Shown here piece by piece: positions 47,325 through 57,512 of a DNA stretch of 64,000 nt. Every line of letters begins with the position of its first letter. The stretch's first letter is position 1. A model generated the notes under the pieces. It had not been told where the DNA came from. It saw nothing but the letters and a program-made list of their open reading frames with translations, and ran no database searches. Source of the stretch: an uncultured Collinsella sp. (lineage in GTDB: Bacteria; Actinomycetota; Coriobacteriia; Coriobacteriales; Coriobacteriaceae); NCBI GenBank assembly GCA_958447445.1, contig CAUDAE010000001.1, forward strand, positions 6,385-70,384, written 5' to 3'. Both the position numbers and the translations under genes were made by a program.

Positions 47325-48299
47325 ATGGCAATCAAGAAGCTGATCCTTGATCTGGATATGGGTGTGGACGATGCGATGGCGCTGGCCTATGCCATCGCGA
47401 GCCCCGAGGTGGAGCTCGTGGGCATCACCACGTGCTTTGGCAACGTGCGCGTCGAGCAATCGGCGCACAATTGCCTGGCGGTGCTCGATCTGCTGGGTCG
47501 CCCCGAGGTTCCGGTGTACCTGGGTGCCGACCGTCCTCTGCAGGCGACTGAGCCCTATACGCCGCCGGCGTCCACCGCGCTCATTCACGGCAAGAACGGC
47601 ATCGGCGGCGCGAGCGTGCCCGCGTCGCCTTACGAGCCAGTGGGGGCGACCTCGGCCGACGGCAACGCTGCGGTCGATTATCTGATCGATGCCGCGCGCA
47701 CCTATGGTCCCGATCTGGTCTACGTAGCGACTGGCCCGCTCTCCAACCTGGCGCTCGCCCTGGAGCGCGATGCGGCGGCGATGATGTCCATCGGCCGCGT
47801 GGTCGTGATGGGCGGCGCCCTTACCGTGCCCGGCAACGTGAGCGCGGGCGCCGAGGCCAATATGGCGAGCGACCCCGAGGCAGCCGACGCGGTGCTGCGC
47901 TCGGGCCGTAAGCTCACCATGGTGGGTCTGGACGTGACGCATCGCGTGGTGCTCACACGCCGCGACATTGCCGGCTGGACGGGCTCGGGCACCATGGCGG
48001 GCTGCGCATTTGCGAGCATGGTCGAGCACTACATTGGCTCGTACGAGATGAACGCACCCTACCTGGGTGGTTGTGCGCTGCACGATCCGCTGGCCGTTGC
48101 CGTGGCGATCGACCCCACGCTCGTAGGTGCGCTCGGCTGCAACCTGCGTGTTGATCTGCTGGGCGAGTACCGCGGTCGCACCATCTGCGATGAGCGCCGC
48201 CTGTCCGATCCGGACAAGAGCGCGCTTGTGGCACTGACCGTGGATGCTCCGCGCTTCCTGTCCGAGTTCAAGACGCGTATGGCCCGTGTCCTTGGCTAA
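47325..48299 (+). CDS. Inosine/uridine-preferring nucleoside hydrolase
   Basis: DLDMGVDDA, GNV, HGKNG, TGPLSN, MGG, AEAN..DPEA, LHDP. Confidence 0.92.
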   Translation: MAIKKLILDLDMGVDDAMALAYAIASPEVELVGITTCFGNVRVEQSAHNCLAVLDLLGRPEVPVYLGADRPLQATEPYTPPASTALIHGKNGIGGASVPASPYEPVGATSADGNAAVDYLIDAARTYGPDLVYVATGPLSNLALALERDAAAMMSIGRVVVMGGALTVPGNVSAGAEANMASDPEAADAVLRSGRKLTMVGLDVTHRVVLTRRDIAGWTGSGTMAGCAFASMVEHYIGSYEMNAPYLGGCALHDPLAVAVAIDPTLVGALGCNLRVDLLGEYRGRTICDERRLSDPDKSALVALTVDAPRFLSEFKTRMARVLG

Positions 48300-48308
48300 G
48301 TTGTCTTT

Positions 48309-48378
48309 TTGGGACGGGGCTTTTTGACTGGTATGATTGGTGCGACCAATCGAACCAGCTAAAAGAGCCCCGTCCCAA
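48309..48378. repeat. Inverted repeat TTGGGACGGGGCT...AGCCCCGTCCCAA (REP-like) upstream of luxS
   Basis: 13-bp perfect arms with a nested ATTGGT/ACCAAT stem. Confidence 0.6.
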
Positions 48379-48401
48379 TTTGACTATCGAGAGGATCTGC
48401 C

Positions 48402-48890
48402 ATGGAGCGCATCGCCAGCTTTTCCGTTGATCATCTGCTGCTTGAGCCCGGCGTGTATGTGAGCCGCATCGACCGCGATCCGGCGACCGGTGCCGCCGTC
48501 ACCACGTTTGACCTGCGCCTGACCACGCCCAACAAGGAGCCGGTCATGAACACGGCCGAGTGCCACACCATTGAGCACCTGGGCGCGACGTTCCTTCGCA
48601 ATCATGCCGAGTGGTCGAGCCGCATTGTCTACTTTGGCCCCATGGGCTGCCGCACGGGCTTTTACCTCGTCGTGTTTGGCGAGGTGACGAGCGAGGAGAT
48701 TCTGCCGCTCGTGCGTGAGCTGTTCGAGTTTGTCGCCGGCTTTGAGGGCGATGTCCCCGGTGCCGCTCCCGAGGAGTGCGGTAACTACCTGGACCAGAAC
48801 CTCCCCATGGCAAACTGGCTCGCGCGCCGCTACCTCGACCGCGACCTGGCCGATATCGACGAGAAGCACCTGCACTATCAGCAGGCGTAA
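48402..48890 (+). CDS. luxS: S-ribosylhomocysteine lyase
   Basis: SFSVDH, FDLR..PN, HTIEH, GPMGCRTGFY, CGNY. Confidence 0.96.
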   Translation: MERIASFSVDHLLLEPGVYVSRIDRDPATGAAVTTFDLRLTTPNKEPVMNTAECHTIEHLGATFLRNHAEWSSRIVYFGPMGCRTGFYLVVFGEVTSEEILPLVRELFEFVAGFEGDVPGAAPEECGNYLDQNLPMANWLARRYLDRDLADIDEKHLHYQQA

Positions 48891-48918
48891 GAGCTTTATC
48901 GCCCAAAACGCGCGCATT

Positions 48919-48950
48919 GGGCGCCTCCGCTTATGCGGGGGCGCCTTTTT
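48919..48950 (+). terminator. Intrinsic terminator after luxS
   Basis: GGCGCCTCCGC...GCGGGGGCGCC plus TTTTT. Confidence 0.75.
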
Positions 48951-49028
48951 GTTGATTGGTCGGGGCGAGCGTTCAAAATCGCTCGTGTTTGTTCTAGAAT
49001 GTTCGTATAGTCACATTTACGAACAGGA

Positions 49029-49679
49029 GTGAACATGCATATCTACTCTGTCAACGATCCCGAGTTCAAATCCTATGGCAACGTTTGGGATGACGTTCCG
49101 TCCGAGCTCACGTCGCCCGTGCTCGAGGCGCTCTCAGCCACGCCCATTCCCGAGGGCAGCAAGTACGTAGCAAGCGCGCCGGAGCTCGAGGGCGTCAAAG
49201 ATACCGATAAACTGGGCTTTCTCATGTTTGGCGGCCGTCCCTTCCAGCTCGGCTGGTGCAACGGCCACAACACGCAGCTCAACTGCCTGGAGTATCACCG
49301 CGCGAGCGAATTCAACCTGGGCGCTCGCGACTTTATCCTGCTCGTGGCGCATCGCTGGGAGATCGAGGACGGCAAGCTCGACACCGCGTGTGTCAAGGCG
49401 TTTCGCGTGCCGGCGGGTACGGTCGTCGAAGTCTTCAACACCACGCTTCACTACACGCCGTGTATGGTCGACGACGGTGGCTTCCAGGTGATGGTGGCGC
49501 TGCCCGCCGGCACCAACGGTCCGCGCCCCGAGGCTGCGGCCGACATGCCCACGGCCGGCGACAGCTACTGCTACTGGAAGGCCGACAAGTGGGTTCTCTG
49601 CCATGCTGACAGCCCCAAGGCAGCCGAAGGCGGCTACGTAGGCCTCATCGGCAAAGATCTCGACATCACCGTGGACTAG
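49029..49679 (+). CDS. DUF4867-like cupin-fold protein
   Basis: QLGWCNGHN..LNCLEYH, TTLHYTPC, LPAGTN; start may be ATG 49035. Confidence 0.65.
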   Translation: MNMHIYSVNDPEFKSYGNVWDDVPSELTSPVLEALSATPIPEGSKYVASAPELEGVKDTDKLGFLMFGGRPFQLGWCNGHNTQLNCLEYHRASEFNLGARDFILLVAHRWEIEDGKLDTACVKAFRVPAGTVVEVFNTTLHYTPCMVDDGGFQVMVALPAGTNGPRPEAAADMPTAGDSYCYWKADKWVLCHADSPKAAEGGYVGLIGKDLDITVD

Positions 49680-49684
49680 CGCAT

Positions 49685-49735
49685 CGCCCCAAACCACCAC
49701 AAAGGTGCCTGTCTCCTTTGCGGTGGTTTGGGGCG
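49685..49735. repeat. Long hairpin CGCCCCAAACCACCACAAAGG-TGCCTGTCT-CCTTTGCGGTGGTTTGGGGCG (REP-like)
   Basis: 21-bp arms with 1 mismatch; a degenerate copy lies in the mgtA leader near 63214-63253. Confidence 0.65.
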
Positions 49736-49932
49736 GGCGGATATCGGGAAGTGCCAGACGGGGGAGGCTGCCGGGCGCCTTGCCGTCTGCGGATTTTGGG
49801 ACATGCGGCCCGCTTTTTCGACCCATCTGTCGGTACACTAAAAGCACTATGGGTACCTGCGAGCGACATATCGGCCACGCGGCCGCCCGATCCGCACCCG
49901 TGGCGGATCCCAGGGGCGGCAGGCTCTTCGCC

Positions 49933-51732
49933 ATGCCGCGATTCCTTGTTGGCATAACACATCAGGTGTACCGTCACCGCGTCTTCGCTATCGCCGGTGT
50001 CATCACTGCGCTGTTCCTCATACTTTTGGCAGTCTTGCCGGCGCTGTTCGCCTTCGACCCCAAACTTTCTAACGCCGTGCCCGCCTATAGCGAGGTGTCC
50101 GAAGAGGTCGTGGGTGCGCTCGTCCATTCGAGCTCTCTCCCGCTGCTTGTCGCCGCAATTGTATTTTCAATTTGGGGCGTATCGGTCTATCTGCGCTGTT
50201 TGGACTATGTGTTGCGCCGCCGTCTTGTTGCCATCGCCACCATCTGCGCCCTGTGGATGATCGAAGTCATTCTCAAGTACAAGTCGTTCACGCCGTTCTA
50301 TGCCACCGTGCTGTGGTACCTGTACTACGTGCCCATGACGCTCATTCCGCTGCTCTACCAGTTGTGTGGTCTGCGCCTTGCGGGCCTGGAGCAACACCGC
50401 CTGGGTCGCCGCTACTGCGCTGCGCTGTGGATTATGGCTATCCTGCTTATCGGATTTGTGCTCACCAACGATTTTCACCAGCAGGTCTTCCACTTTGACC
50501 GTACAAGCGACACCTGGAGCAACGATTACACGTACGGCTGGGGTTATTTCGCCGTCCTCGTGTGGACGGCCTTTAACTTTGTGGCCTTTTTTATCCTGGT
50601 GGGCCGGTCCTCGTCCTTTCGCATCCAACGTTTCTCGGGCACGGCGGCGCTCGTGCTGTTGGGCGGCGCGTTCTTTGCCATCTCATATGCGTTGCGCGTG
50701 CCCTGGGCATGGAGGCTCAACTTCTCGCTCGTCTATTGCGTCTTGTGCGTGGTGGCGATGGAAATCTGTCTCGATTGCGGTGTCGTTCCGTCATATCACG
50801 ACATCGCCGGCATTTTCGACACCTTGCCGCTTGACCTCAAAGTTCTAACGCGCGACCTGCAGGAAGTCTATGCCACGCCAGTGTCAAAGCCAATGCCGGT
50901 AGGCGTGCGCGAGGAGTTGCGGACCCAGGCGCACAGCCGCGCCCATGCCTTTGCCGTGGCGTCCGATCCCGATGTGATGTACCGTGCCTTTCCACTACTG
51001 GGCGGATCGGCCCTGCTTGCCCAAGACGTGTCGGATCTCAACGAGCTTAACCGTGAACTGGCACATCGTCGTATGGAGCTGCAGCGTCAAAATGAGCTGC
51101 TCGCCGCCGACTACGACCTTAAGACGCACCTGGCAGACCAAGAGGCCGAGACCTTGCTGGTCCAAGACGTGGACCAGGCGCTTGCCCGCGCGCTCGAAGG
51201 GATGTACGACCTGCTGAGCTCGCTGCCGCCGTTGACCGATGAATCGTCTTCGCACGAGCGTTACCGCATGCTGCAGCGCGCCAAGATGCTCGTCGCCTAT
51301 TGCAAGCGCAAGGGGTCGCTCACGTTGGCACAGCACGGGGAGAGCGGTTTTGATCGCGACCGCATTCAGCTCATTGCCAACGAGCTCGCAAGCGACCTGC
51401 GCACCATCGATATCGATTGCGCCTCGATTATCGCCATACGGCGCCCGTTGCACGCCAGTACGGTAAGCGCCCTGTACGACTGCGTGTATGACTTTGCGTT
51501 TTTTGCCTACACCACCGACCATCCGGCGCTTATGTATCACTTGGGCGACCATGACCGATGCAGTGTCGAGCTACGCGCCACGCTTTTTTCCAACGATGAT
51601 GCAGATCTTTCGCAGACGCCCGCTGCGCAAGAGCTCGATAGCGCTCTGCAAGGGCGCAACGTGGCATACCGCCTTGAGGGCGAGCCCGGCCAGCTGCGCA
51701 TGATCGTCTTGATGCCGAGGGCGGGTGAGTGA
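49933..51732 (+). CDS. Multi-TM sensor-like protein (histidine-kinase 7TM-type N-terminus), no clear H-box
   Basis: LWYLYYVP, LTNDFHQQVF, YTYGWGY, coiled coil; start uncertain. Confidence 0.65.
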   Translation: MPRFLVGITHQVYRHRVFAIAGVITALFLILLAVLPALFAFDPKLSNAVPAYSEVSEEVVGALVHSSSLPLLVAAIVFSIWGVSVYLRCLDYVLRRRLVAIATICALWMIEVILKYKSFTPFYATVLWYLYYVPMTLIPLLYQLCGLRLAGLEQHRLGRRYCAALWIMAILLIGFVLTNDFHQQVFHFDRTSDTWSNDYTYGWGYFAVLVWTAFNFVAFFILVGRSSSFRIQRFSGTAALVLLGGAFFAISYALRVPWAWRLNFSLVYCVLCVVAMEICLDCGVVPSYHDIAGIFDTLPLDLKVLTRDLQEVYATPVSKPMPVGVREELRTQAHSRAHAFAVASDPDVMYRAFPLLGGSALLAQDVSDLNELNRELAHRRMELQRQNELLAADYDLKTHLADQEAETLLVQDVDQALARALEGMYDLLSSLPPLTDESSSHERYRMLQRAKMLVAYCKRKGSLTLAQHGESGFDRDRIQLIANELASDLRTIDIDCASIIAIRRPLHASTVSALYDCVYDFAFFAYTTDHPALMYHLGDHDRCSVELRATLFSNDDADLSQTPAAQELDSALQGRNVAYRLEGEPGQLRMIVLMPRAGE

Positions 51733-51734
51733 CG

Positions 51735-53228
51735 ATGCAGATTTCGCTCATTCTTCCCCAAATCGTTGCGCTCGATGTTGTCTTTGCCCTGGCTGCGTGT
51801 CTGCAGACGATCCACGTCCCGCTCATCGCATCGCGCCGCTCGTCCTATAACCGTAAGGTGATTTGTGCCTACGAGGCGAGCCTTGTGCTTCACCTAGTTA
51901 TTTCGGCGCTCATCTTGTTCGCGTCGTCTGGCTCATATCTGGTGGCGCCGCTTGACGTTTGCGCCAGGGCAATGGGCGGAGCGTTGTGGCTCAATGCCGT
52001 GATCTTTGCCTACGGCGTGGTGCTTATGGTGCGCTATCGTCGCCCCGTCATGCTGGTCGAGCTGCTGCTCGTTGCCGCCGTGACACCGCCGGTGGTTTTT
52101 GCCATGGGCTCGGCGTGGACCGTTGTCCTTATCGCAGAGGGAGCGTTCTTCCTGTTCCGCTCCATTGCGGCGCTCTTGATGGATGTCCGCAACCGCCAGG
52201 AGGATATCACCATGTTCTCGACGATCGAGACCATCAACGTGATTCCCGTGGGCATCCTGTATCTGGACCCGAGGGGCCGTCCGCTGCTCATGAACCGCTG
52301 CATGCGCAAAAACCTGGTGGAGCTTCATATGCCCACCGACCTAGGCGATATGAGCGGTACATGGAACGACCTGCGCAAACTCAGCATGCAAATGCCCGAA
52401 AGCAGCAGGAACCGTGTGCGGATTAATCTGGACCGCTTTGGTGAGGCGCGCGTTGTGGTCGAGGTTTCTCCCGCCGAGATTCGCTTGTTTGTGCACGACG
52501 AGGTTATGGTTTCGGGCCGCCTCTTTGAGCGCATTATCGGACTGGACGTGACGGAATACGCACACGCCTACGACCGCTTGGCGCAAGCAAACCACCTGCT
52601 TGAGCTTGCGGGCCAAGAGCTCCAAGCCCAGATCGAAGAAGTCAAAAAAGTTGCTGACAATGCGGCCTATCTGCGTATGCGCGCTCGCGTGCACGACGTG
52701 ATCGGGCAGCGCCTGTCCATCCTCCATCGTTATCTGGAGGAGGGGCGCCTGGACGATGAGTCACTCGAGCAGATCGACCCGCTGCTGCGCTCAATCGCTA
52801 CCGATCTGCGCAGCGGAGGCGACACCGAACCGGCAGAGCAACTGGGCGATATCGTCCATGCCTTTGGCCTGGTGAGCGTGCAGATCGATGTGGAGGGCGA
52901 GCTGCCAAGCGACGCGCGTGTCGCCGCAGCCTTTCTGCAGATTATCCGCGAGGCCTCGACCAATGCCACCAAGCATGCACAGGCCCATCAGGTCCATGTG
53001 CGCCTGCGGCAGGAGACGTCGGAAGACGGCGCTGTTGCGCGGATGACCGTTTCTAACGACGGCGCGCCTGCACCCGTATCGTATCGCGAGGGAACGGGTA
53101 TCCCAGGTATGAGGCATGTCGCACAGAATCTGGGCGGCAGCCTGGAAGTCTACACCGCCCCGCCCTTCACGCTTACGGTGTCCATCCCGCTCGCCTCCAG
53201 CGCCACGGTCCAAAGGAGAAGTTCATGA
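51735..53228 (+). CDS. Membrane sensor histidine kinase (HisKA_3)
   Basis: RARVHDVIGQRL, REASTNATKHA, NDG, EGTGIPGM. Confidence 0.88.
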   Translation: MQISLILPQIVALDVVFALAACLQTIHVPLIASRRSSYNRKVICAYEASLVLHLVISALILFASSGSYLVAPLDVCARAMGGALWLNAVIFAYGVVLMVRYRRPVMLVELLLVAAVTPPVVFAMGSAWTVVLIAEGAFFLFRSIAALLMDVRNRQEDITMFSTIETINVIPVGILYLDPRGRPLLMNRCMRKNLVELHMPTDLGDMSGTWNDLRKLSMQMPESSRNRVRINLDRFGEARVVVEVSPAEIRLFVHDEVMVSGRLFERIIGLDVTEYAHAYDRLAQANHLLELAGQELQAQIEEVKKVADNAAYLRMRARVHDVIGQRLSILHRYLEEGRLDDESLEQIDPLLRSIATDLRSGGDTEPAEQLGDIVHAFGLVSVQIDVEGELPSDARVAAAFLQIIREASTNATKHAQAHQVHVRLRQETSEDGAVARMTVSNDGAPAPVSYREGTGIPGMRHVAQNLGGSLEVYTAPPFTLTVSIPLASSATVQRRSS

Positions 53229-53845
53229 TTCGCGTGTTAATCGTCGAAGACCAGGCTATCTTGCGCGAGAGCCTCGCGCGCTCCGTCGGTGACCAGCCCG
53301 ACATGACGGTTGTTGCCGCGATCGCCGACGCCTCGGATGCCTTGGACGTTGTGCTTAAGGAGCGCCCGGACATGATACTGATGGACGTATGCACCGAGCA
53401 TGATTCCAACGGCATCGTGGCGGCGGCGCGCATCAAAGAACAACTGCCCGAGTGCCGCGTCATTATCATGACGGGTATGCCCGAAATCAACTTTGTGGAC
53501 CAGGCACGCGAGGCGGGCGTCGACAGCTTTGTGTACAAGAACGTCGGTATCGACGAGCTTTTCGCCGTGATGCGCTCCACGCTGGCGGGTTACTGCACGT
53601 TTCCCAAGCCGCCCGAGAGCATCTTCTCGGGCACGGCGGCCCTCGACGATGTCGAGCTGTCGATCTTGCGCCTTGCCTGCGAGGGTAAAAGCCGCCGCGA
53701 GATCGCGGCCGAGCTGTTTATGAGCGAGGGCACCATCAAACGCCGCATCTCGGAGATTCTCAATAAGACCGGCTACGACAACATCATGCGCTTGGCCGTG
53801 CGCGCAGTAACGGAGGGCAGCATCGTTCCCAACATGGAGCGCTAG
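53225..53845 (+). CDS. NarL/LuxR-family response regulator
   Basis: IVEDQ, LMD, IMTG, FVYK, EIAAELFMSEGTIK. Confidence 0.92.
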   Translation: MIRVLIVEDQAILRESLARSVGDQPDMTVVAAIADASDALDVVLKERPDMILMDVCTEHDSNGIVAAARIKEQLPECRVIIMTGMPEINFVDQAREAGVDSFVYKNVGIDELFAVMRSTLAGYCTFPKPPESIFSGTAALDDVELSILRLACEGKSRREIAAELFMSEGTIKRRISEILNKTGYDNIMRLAVRAVTEGSIVPNMER

Positions 53846-53872
53846 CGCTCGTTACGCATCGGCATAAAGCGG

Positions 53873-53903
53873 CGGGGCCGCAGGATCAACTCCTGCGGCC
53901 CCG
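53873..53903. terminator. Hairpin between convergent genes
   Basis: CGGGGCCGCAGGA-TCAAC-TCCTGCGGCCCCG. Confidence 0.6.
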
Positions 53904-53955
53904 TCTGGCATGTGCGCGGATGTGTCCGCCAATCCGCGGCTGTCGGTGTCTGCCG

Positions 53956-54798
53956 TTACGCGATGGTTGCGCTGTAGGAGGCGACGTCCTCGTAGGAATC
54001 GGTCAGGTAGGCGTCGATGCCGATGGTCGTATTGACGAGGTCGTCAAGGCTATCGAGCGTGCCCTTCGAGAACGTGAATTCCTCGGTGGCGTTGGTGCCG
54101 GGCATCAGGTGAGCCGAGAACCAGGGTTCCTTCATGGTGCCGTTGACGTTGGTCTTGCCGGAAGGAGCGTAGAAGGTCAGGTCCTTGTCGCTCTTGTTGG
54201 TGATGTTGACGACAAAGCCGATGTCGCCCCAGTCGTCCTTGAACTTCTCGGTGATGGTGATGGTGCACAGGTCGTCATCGGCGACGGTGACGGCGGGGGA
54301 GATTTCGATGCTCTGGACGTCGTCGTCTTCGACGGCCTCATCGATCTCTTCTTCCTTCTCGGCGTTCTCGCGATCCTTCTTCACCGTACCGGACAGATCC
54401 TTGTCGGACTTCGTAAAGATAAGCTTGTCGCCTTCCACCTCGAGGACGAGCTTGTCGTCCTTGAGTTTCAGGTCGTGCGACTCATCTTCGGCGGTAATCG
54501 TTACGGTGGTGGCGTCCTTGGCCTCCCATTTCAGGTCGGCGACCTCAAGGAACATGTCGAGGACGCCCGTGCCGTCTTCGTCGAGGATCAGGATACAGTT
54601 GAGGCCCCACTCCTTGAGCATATCCATGTACTCATCGGTGAGCTCTTCGCCGTCCAAGGTTCCACCAGAGAGTTCCCAGCTGCCGACGAAGTTGGCCTTG
54701 GGGTCTTTGCCGCCGCCGCTGCAGCCCGTCAGGGCAAAGGCGAGCGCCAGGACGCATGTCAGAAATGCGAGTACGGACTTTTTGAACGTTGTCTTCAT
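53956..54798 (-). CDS. Acidic lipoprotein (lipocalin-like domain plus second beta domain)
   Basis: Signal peptide with lipobox LTGC; FVGSWEL; AAGGAGG SD. Confidence 0.75.
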   Translation of the reverse strand: MKTTFKKSVLAFLTCVLALAFALTGCSGGGKDPKANFVGSWELSGGTLDGEELTDEYMDMLKEWGLNCILILDEDGTGVLDMFLEVADLKWEAKDATTVTITAEDESHDLKLKDDKLVLEVEGDKLIFTKSDKDLSGTVKKDRENAEKEEEIDEAVEDDDVQSIEISPAVTVADDDLCTITITEKFKDDWGDIGFVVNITNKSDKDLTFYAPSGKTNVNGTMKEPWFSAHLMPGTNATEEFTFSKGTLDSLDDLVNTTIGIDAYLTDSYEDVASYSATIA

Positions 54799-54878
54799 GG
54801 TGTCCTCCTTCATCGAACGAAACCCATAGAAGCAAATGCGGGGGTGGCGGATCCCCCGCTCATTACCAGTTAGGGGCG

Positions 54879-56117
54879 CTAGGGCCTGGGCGTTCTGCAG
54901 TTGCTGCAGAACTTGCCGCCGTTTTCGCTGCCGCAGTTGGGGCAGAACCACTTGGCCGGTGCGGGCGCGGGCGCGGGGCTGCCGCACTCGGAGCAGAACT
55001 TGCCGGTGTTGGTGGCGCCGCAGCTGCAGGTCCATGTGCCGGCCGCAGGTGCGGCGGGAGCCGGTGCGGGAGCGGGTGCCGGAGCCGGCTGCGGGGCGGC
55101 CTGCTGCTGCGCCTGGCCGGCGGCGAACAGCTGGCTGGCGTTCATACCGCCCATGCCGCCTGCCATGCCCATGCCCATAAAGCCCGCCATCGCGCCGTTG
55201 GGGTTGGCGGCTGCCGCGCGCATTGCGTCGCTCTGGGCGCTGGCAATGTTGGCTACCGCCATAGTGGGATCGCGCATGACCGCGGCTTTCTGCAGGTCCT
55301 TGATCATCTGCTCGTCCTCTTGCGAGGCGGCGATGGAGTTGACGCCAAAGCTCACGATCTCGACGCCACGCAGGTCACGCCAGTCGGCAGAGAGGACCTC
55401 GTTGAGCGCACGGGCGAGCTCGGTGGTGTGGCCGGGGATGGCGCTGTAGCGGATGCCCATCTCCGAAATCTTGGCAAAGGCGGGCTGCAGGGCGGTGAGC
55501 AGCTCGGACTTAAGCTGGCTGTCGATCTTGTCGCGCGTATAGCTATCGGTCACGTTGCCGCACACGTTGGTGTAGAACAGCAGCGGGTTGGTGATGCGAT
55601 ACGAATACTCGCCGTTGCAGCGCACGGAGATGTCGACGTCCAGGCCAATGTTGTTATCGACCACGCGGAAGGGCACGGGCGAGGCGGTGCCGTACTTGTT
55701 GCCGATGATCTCCTTGGTGTTGATGAAGTAGACGCGCTGGTCCTTGCCCGCGTCGCCGCCAAAGGTAAAGCGGCTGCCGATATTGGCGAAGGTCTCCTTG
55801 ATGGAGTCGCCCAGGTTGCCGCTAAAGACGCTCGGCTCGCTGCCGGTATCGAAGACGAACTCACCGGGCTCCAGCGCGACTTCGATGATCTTGCCGTTTT
55901 GCACCACGAGCATGCCCTGGCCGTCGTTGACGGCGATGACCGAGCCGTTGGAGATGACGTTGTCCTCGCCGCGCGTGTTGGAGCTGCGGCCACCGGTGCG
56001 TTTGCTGCCCTTGCAGGCCAAGACGTCAGCAGGCATCGATTCGCAATAGATAAATTCCTTCCACTGGTCGGCCATGACGCCGCCGGCAGCTCCCAATCCA
56101 GCTTTCAAGAGTCCCAT
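54879..56117 (-). CDS. SPFH/band-7-like protein with two C-terminal zinc ribbons (YdjI-like)
   Basis: DQWKE, GSVIAV..GQ, QRVYFIN.KE; WTCSCG...KFCSECG and WFCPNCG...KFCSNC. Confidence 0.8.
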   Translation of the reverse strand: MGLLKAGLGAAGGVMADQWKEFIYCESMPADVLACKGSKRTGGRSSNTRGEDNVISNGSVIAVNDGQGMLVVQNGKIIEVALEPGEFVFDTGSEPSVFSGNLGDSIKETFANIGSRFTFGGDAGKDQRVYFINTKEIIGNKYGTASPVPFRVVDNNIGLDVDISVRCNGEYSYRITNPLLFYTNVCGNVTDSYTRDKIDSQLKSELLTALQPAFAKISEMGIRYSAIPGHTTELARALNEVLSADWRDLRGVEIVSFGVNSIAASQEDEQMIKDLQKAAVMRDPTMAVANIASAQSDAMRAAAANPNGAMAGFMGMGMAGGMGGMNASQLFAAGQAQQQAAPQPAPAPAPAPAPAAPAAGTWTCSCGATNTGKFCSECGSPAPAPAPAKWFCPNCGSENGGKFCSNCRTPRP

Positions 56118-56165
56118 GGTAATCTTCCTTTCTCGTCAAAGGCCGGGTGGTATTGGTTGGATTGC

Positions 56166-57488
56166 TTAGTCGTCCTTGTCGTCTTTCATGACAACGGTGG
56201 TCTCGGTGTGGCTGAAGGTGTCGTGCTTCTCGGTCAGGTCGAGCTCGCCGCAGTACTCGTCGGCGTGGGTGGCCTCGTTGGCCGTCTTGAGCTGGCCTAC
56301 CAGTAGCGCGTCTCCGATAATCACGATGATGAGCGGCGGGATGACGTTGATGAGGATGCCCTCGATATCAAAGGTGAGGTAATCCGGATCGAAGGCGTAT
56401 TCCCCCATAAAGAGAATCTGGGAGAGGATAAATCCGATCACGAAGAACAGCACCGAGGCGATGGCGAGCTTGGGCTTGGAGCAGGGGAGCTCGCCGACCA
56501 AGCGGCCGGTCTGGCCGTTCATGGCAAACAGGTAGCTCTTGCCGTTCCACGAGGTGGAGAGCATCCAGACGGGGAACAGGGCGTAGTCGCTGTCTTCCCA
56601 GGTGTAGTCGAGCTGCTTGCTTTCGACCGTGGCATCGTCGTATTCGTCGACGACGGTCTCGCGCAGGGCCGAGATTGTGCTTTCTTCCATACGGCGTTCG
56701 GCGCGCGCCTTGCAGGTCTCGCAGTCCTCGTCGTAACGGTTGGCGATGTAGCCGGGCATATATGCGACCGAGAACGGGCGCAGCGCGTCGTAGTCAAACG
56801 GCTCGATGGCATCCATGTGGCCGTCGGGCATCTTGGACGATCCGTCGACGGGCACGCGCTTAAACGAGATATTGCCCTTGCGATAGGCATCGTAGTGGTC
56901 GGTGGTCGTGACGGTGCGGTCGGATTCCTCGGTCACGGTCTCGTTGGTCGCGTCAAAGTACACTTCGCCGTCAACGCGGGCGCCGTAGAGCCAAAACGGC
57001 ACGTAGACACCTTGGACCTCGTCGATGTGGTTGCCAGTGACAAAGCTCTTGGGCAGCAAGATCTTGCCCTTGTAGTGTTCCTTGAGTGCGGCCGTGACGT
57101 CATCGCGCCCGAGCTTAAACGGAATTACTAGGTCGGGCGAGAAGTCGCCCGAGAGCTGGCCGGGCGCCACGGCGGAGTTACCGCAGTACGGGCAGGTGGT
57201 GACGGCGACGGTGCCGTCGGACACGAGCTCGGCGCCGCACGACGAGCAGATGTAGCCGGCGTTTTGGGCGAGCTCCTGCACCGCGTCGTCGGCGACGGGC
57301 TTGGGCGTTGCGGCTGCCGCATCGGCTTTGGCGTCGGCCTTGTCCTGGCGCTCGCGATAGAGGGCCTCGACTTCTTCGACTTCAAAGCGCGAGTCACAGT
57401 AGTCGCAGACGAGCTTTTGCTCGGCGCTTGCAAAATGCAGGGGACCACCGCAGGCAGGGCACTGATAGTTAACGCTCTCGAAGGCCAT
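56166..57488 (-). CDS. Double zinc-ribbon membrane protein (YdjG-like)
   Basis: CPACGG...CDYC, CSSCGA...CPYCG, IPF, GVYVPFWLY, PVW, NGQTG; two C-terminal TM helices. Confidence 0.75.
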   Translation of the reverse strand: MAFESVNYQCPACGGPLHFASAEQKLVCDYCDSRFEVEEVEALYRERQDKADAKADAAAATPKPVADDAVQELAQNAGYICSSCGAELVSDGTVAVTTCPYCGNSAVAPGQLSGDFSPDLVIPFKLGRDDVTAALKEHYKGKILLPKSFVTGNHIDEVQGVYVPFWLYGARVDGEVYFDATNETVTEESDRTVTTTDHYDAYRKGNISFKRVPVDGSSKMPDGHMDAIEPFDYDALRPFSVAYMPGYIANRYDEDCETCKARAERRMEESTISALRETVVDEYDDATVESKQLDYTWEDSDYALFPVWMLSTSWNGKSYLFAMNGQTGRLVGELPCSKPKLAIASVLFFVIGFILSQILFMGEYAFDPDYLTFDIEGILINVIPPLIIVIIGDALLVGQLKTANEATHADEYCGELDLTEKHDTFSHTETTVVMKDDKDD

Positions 57489-57512
57489 GATCGGTCCTTT
57501 CCGTGCTGGGGG

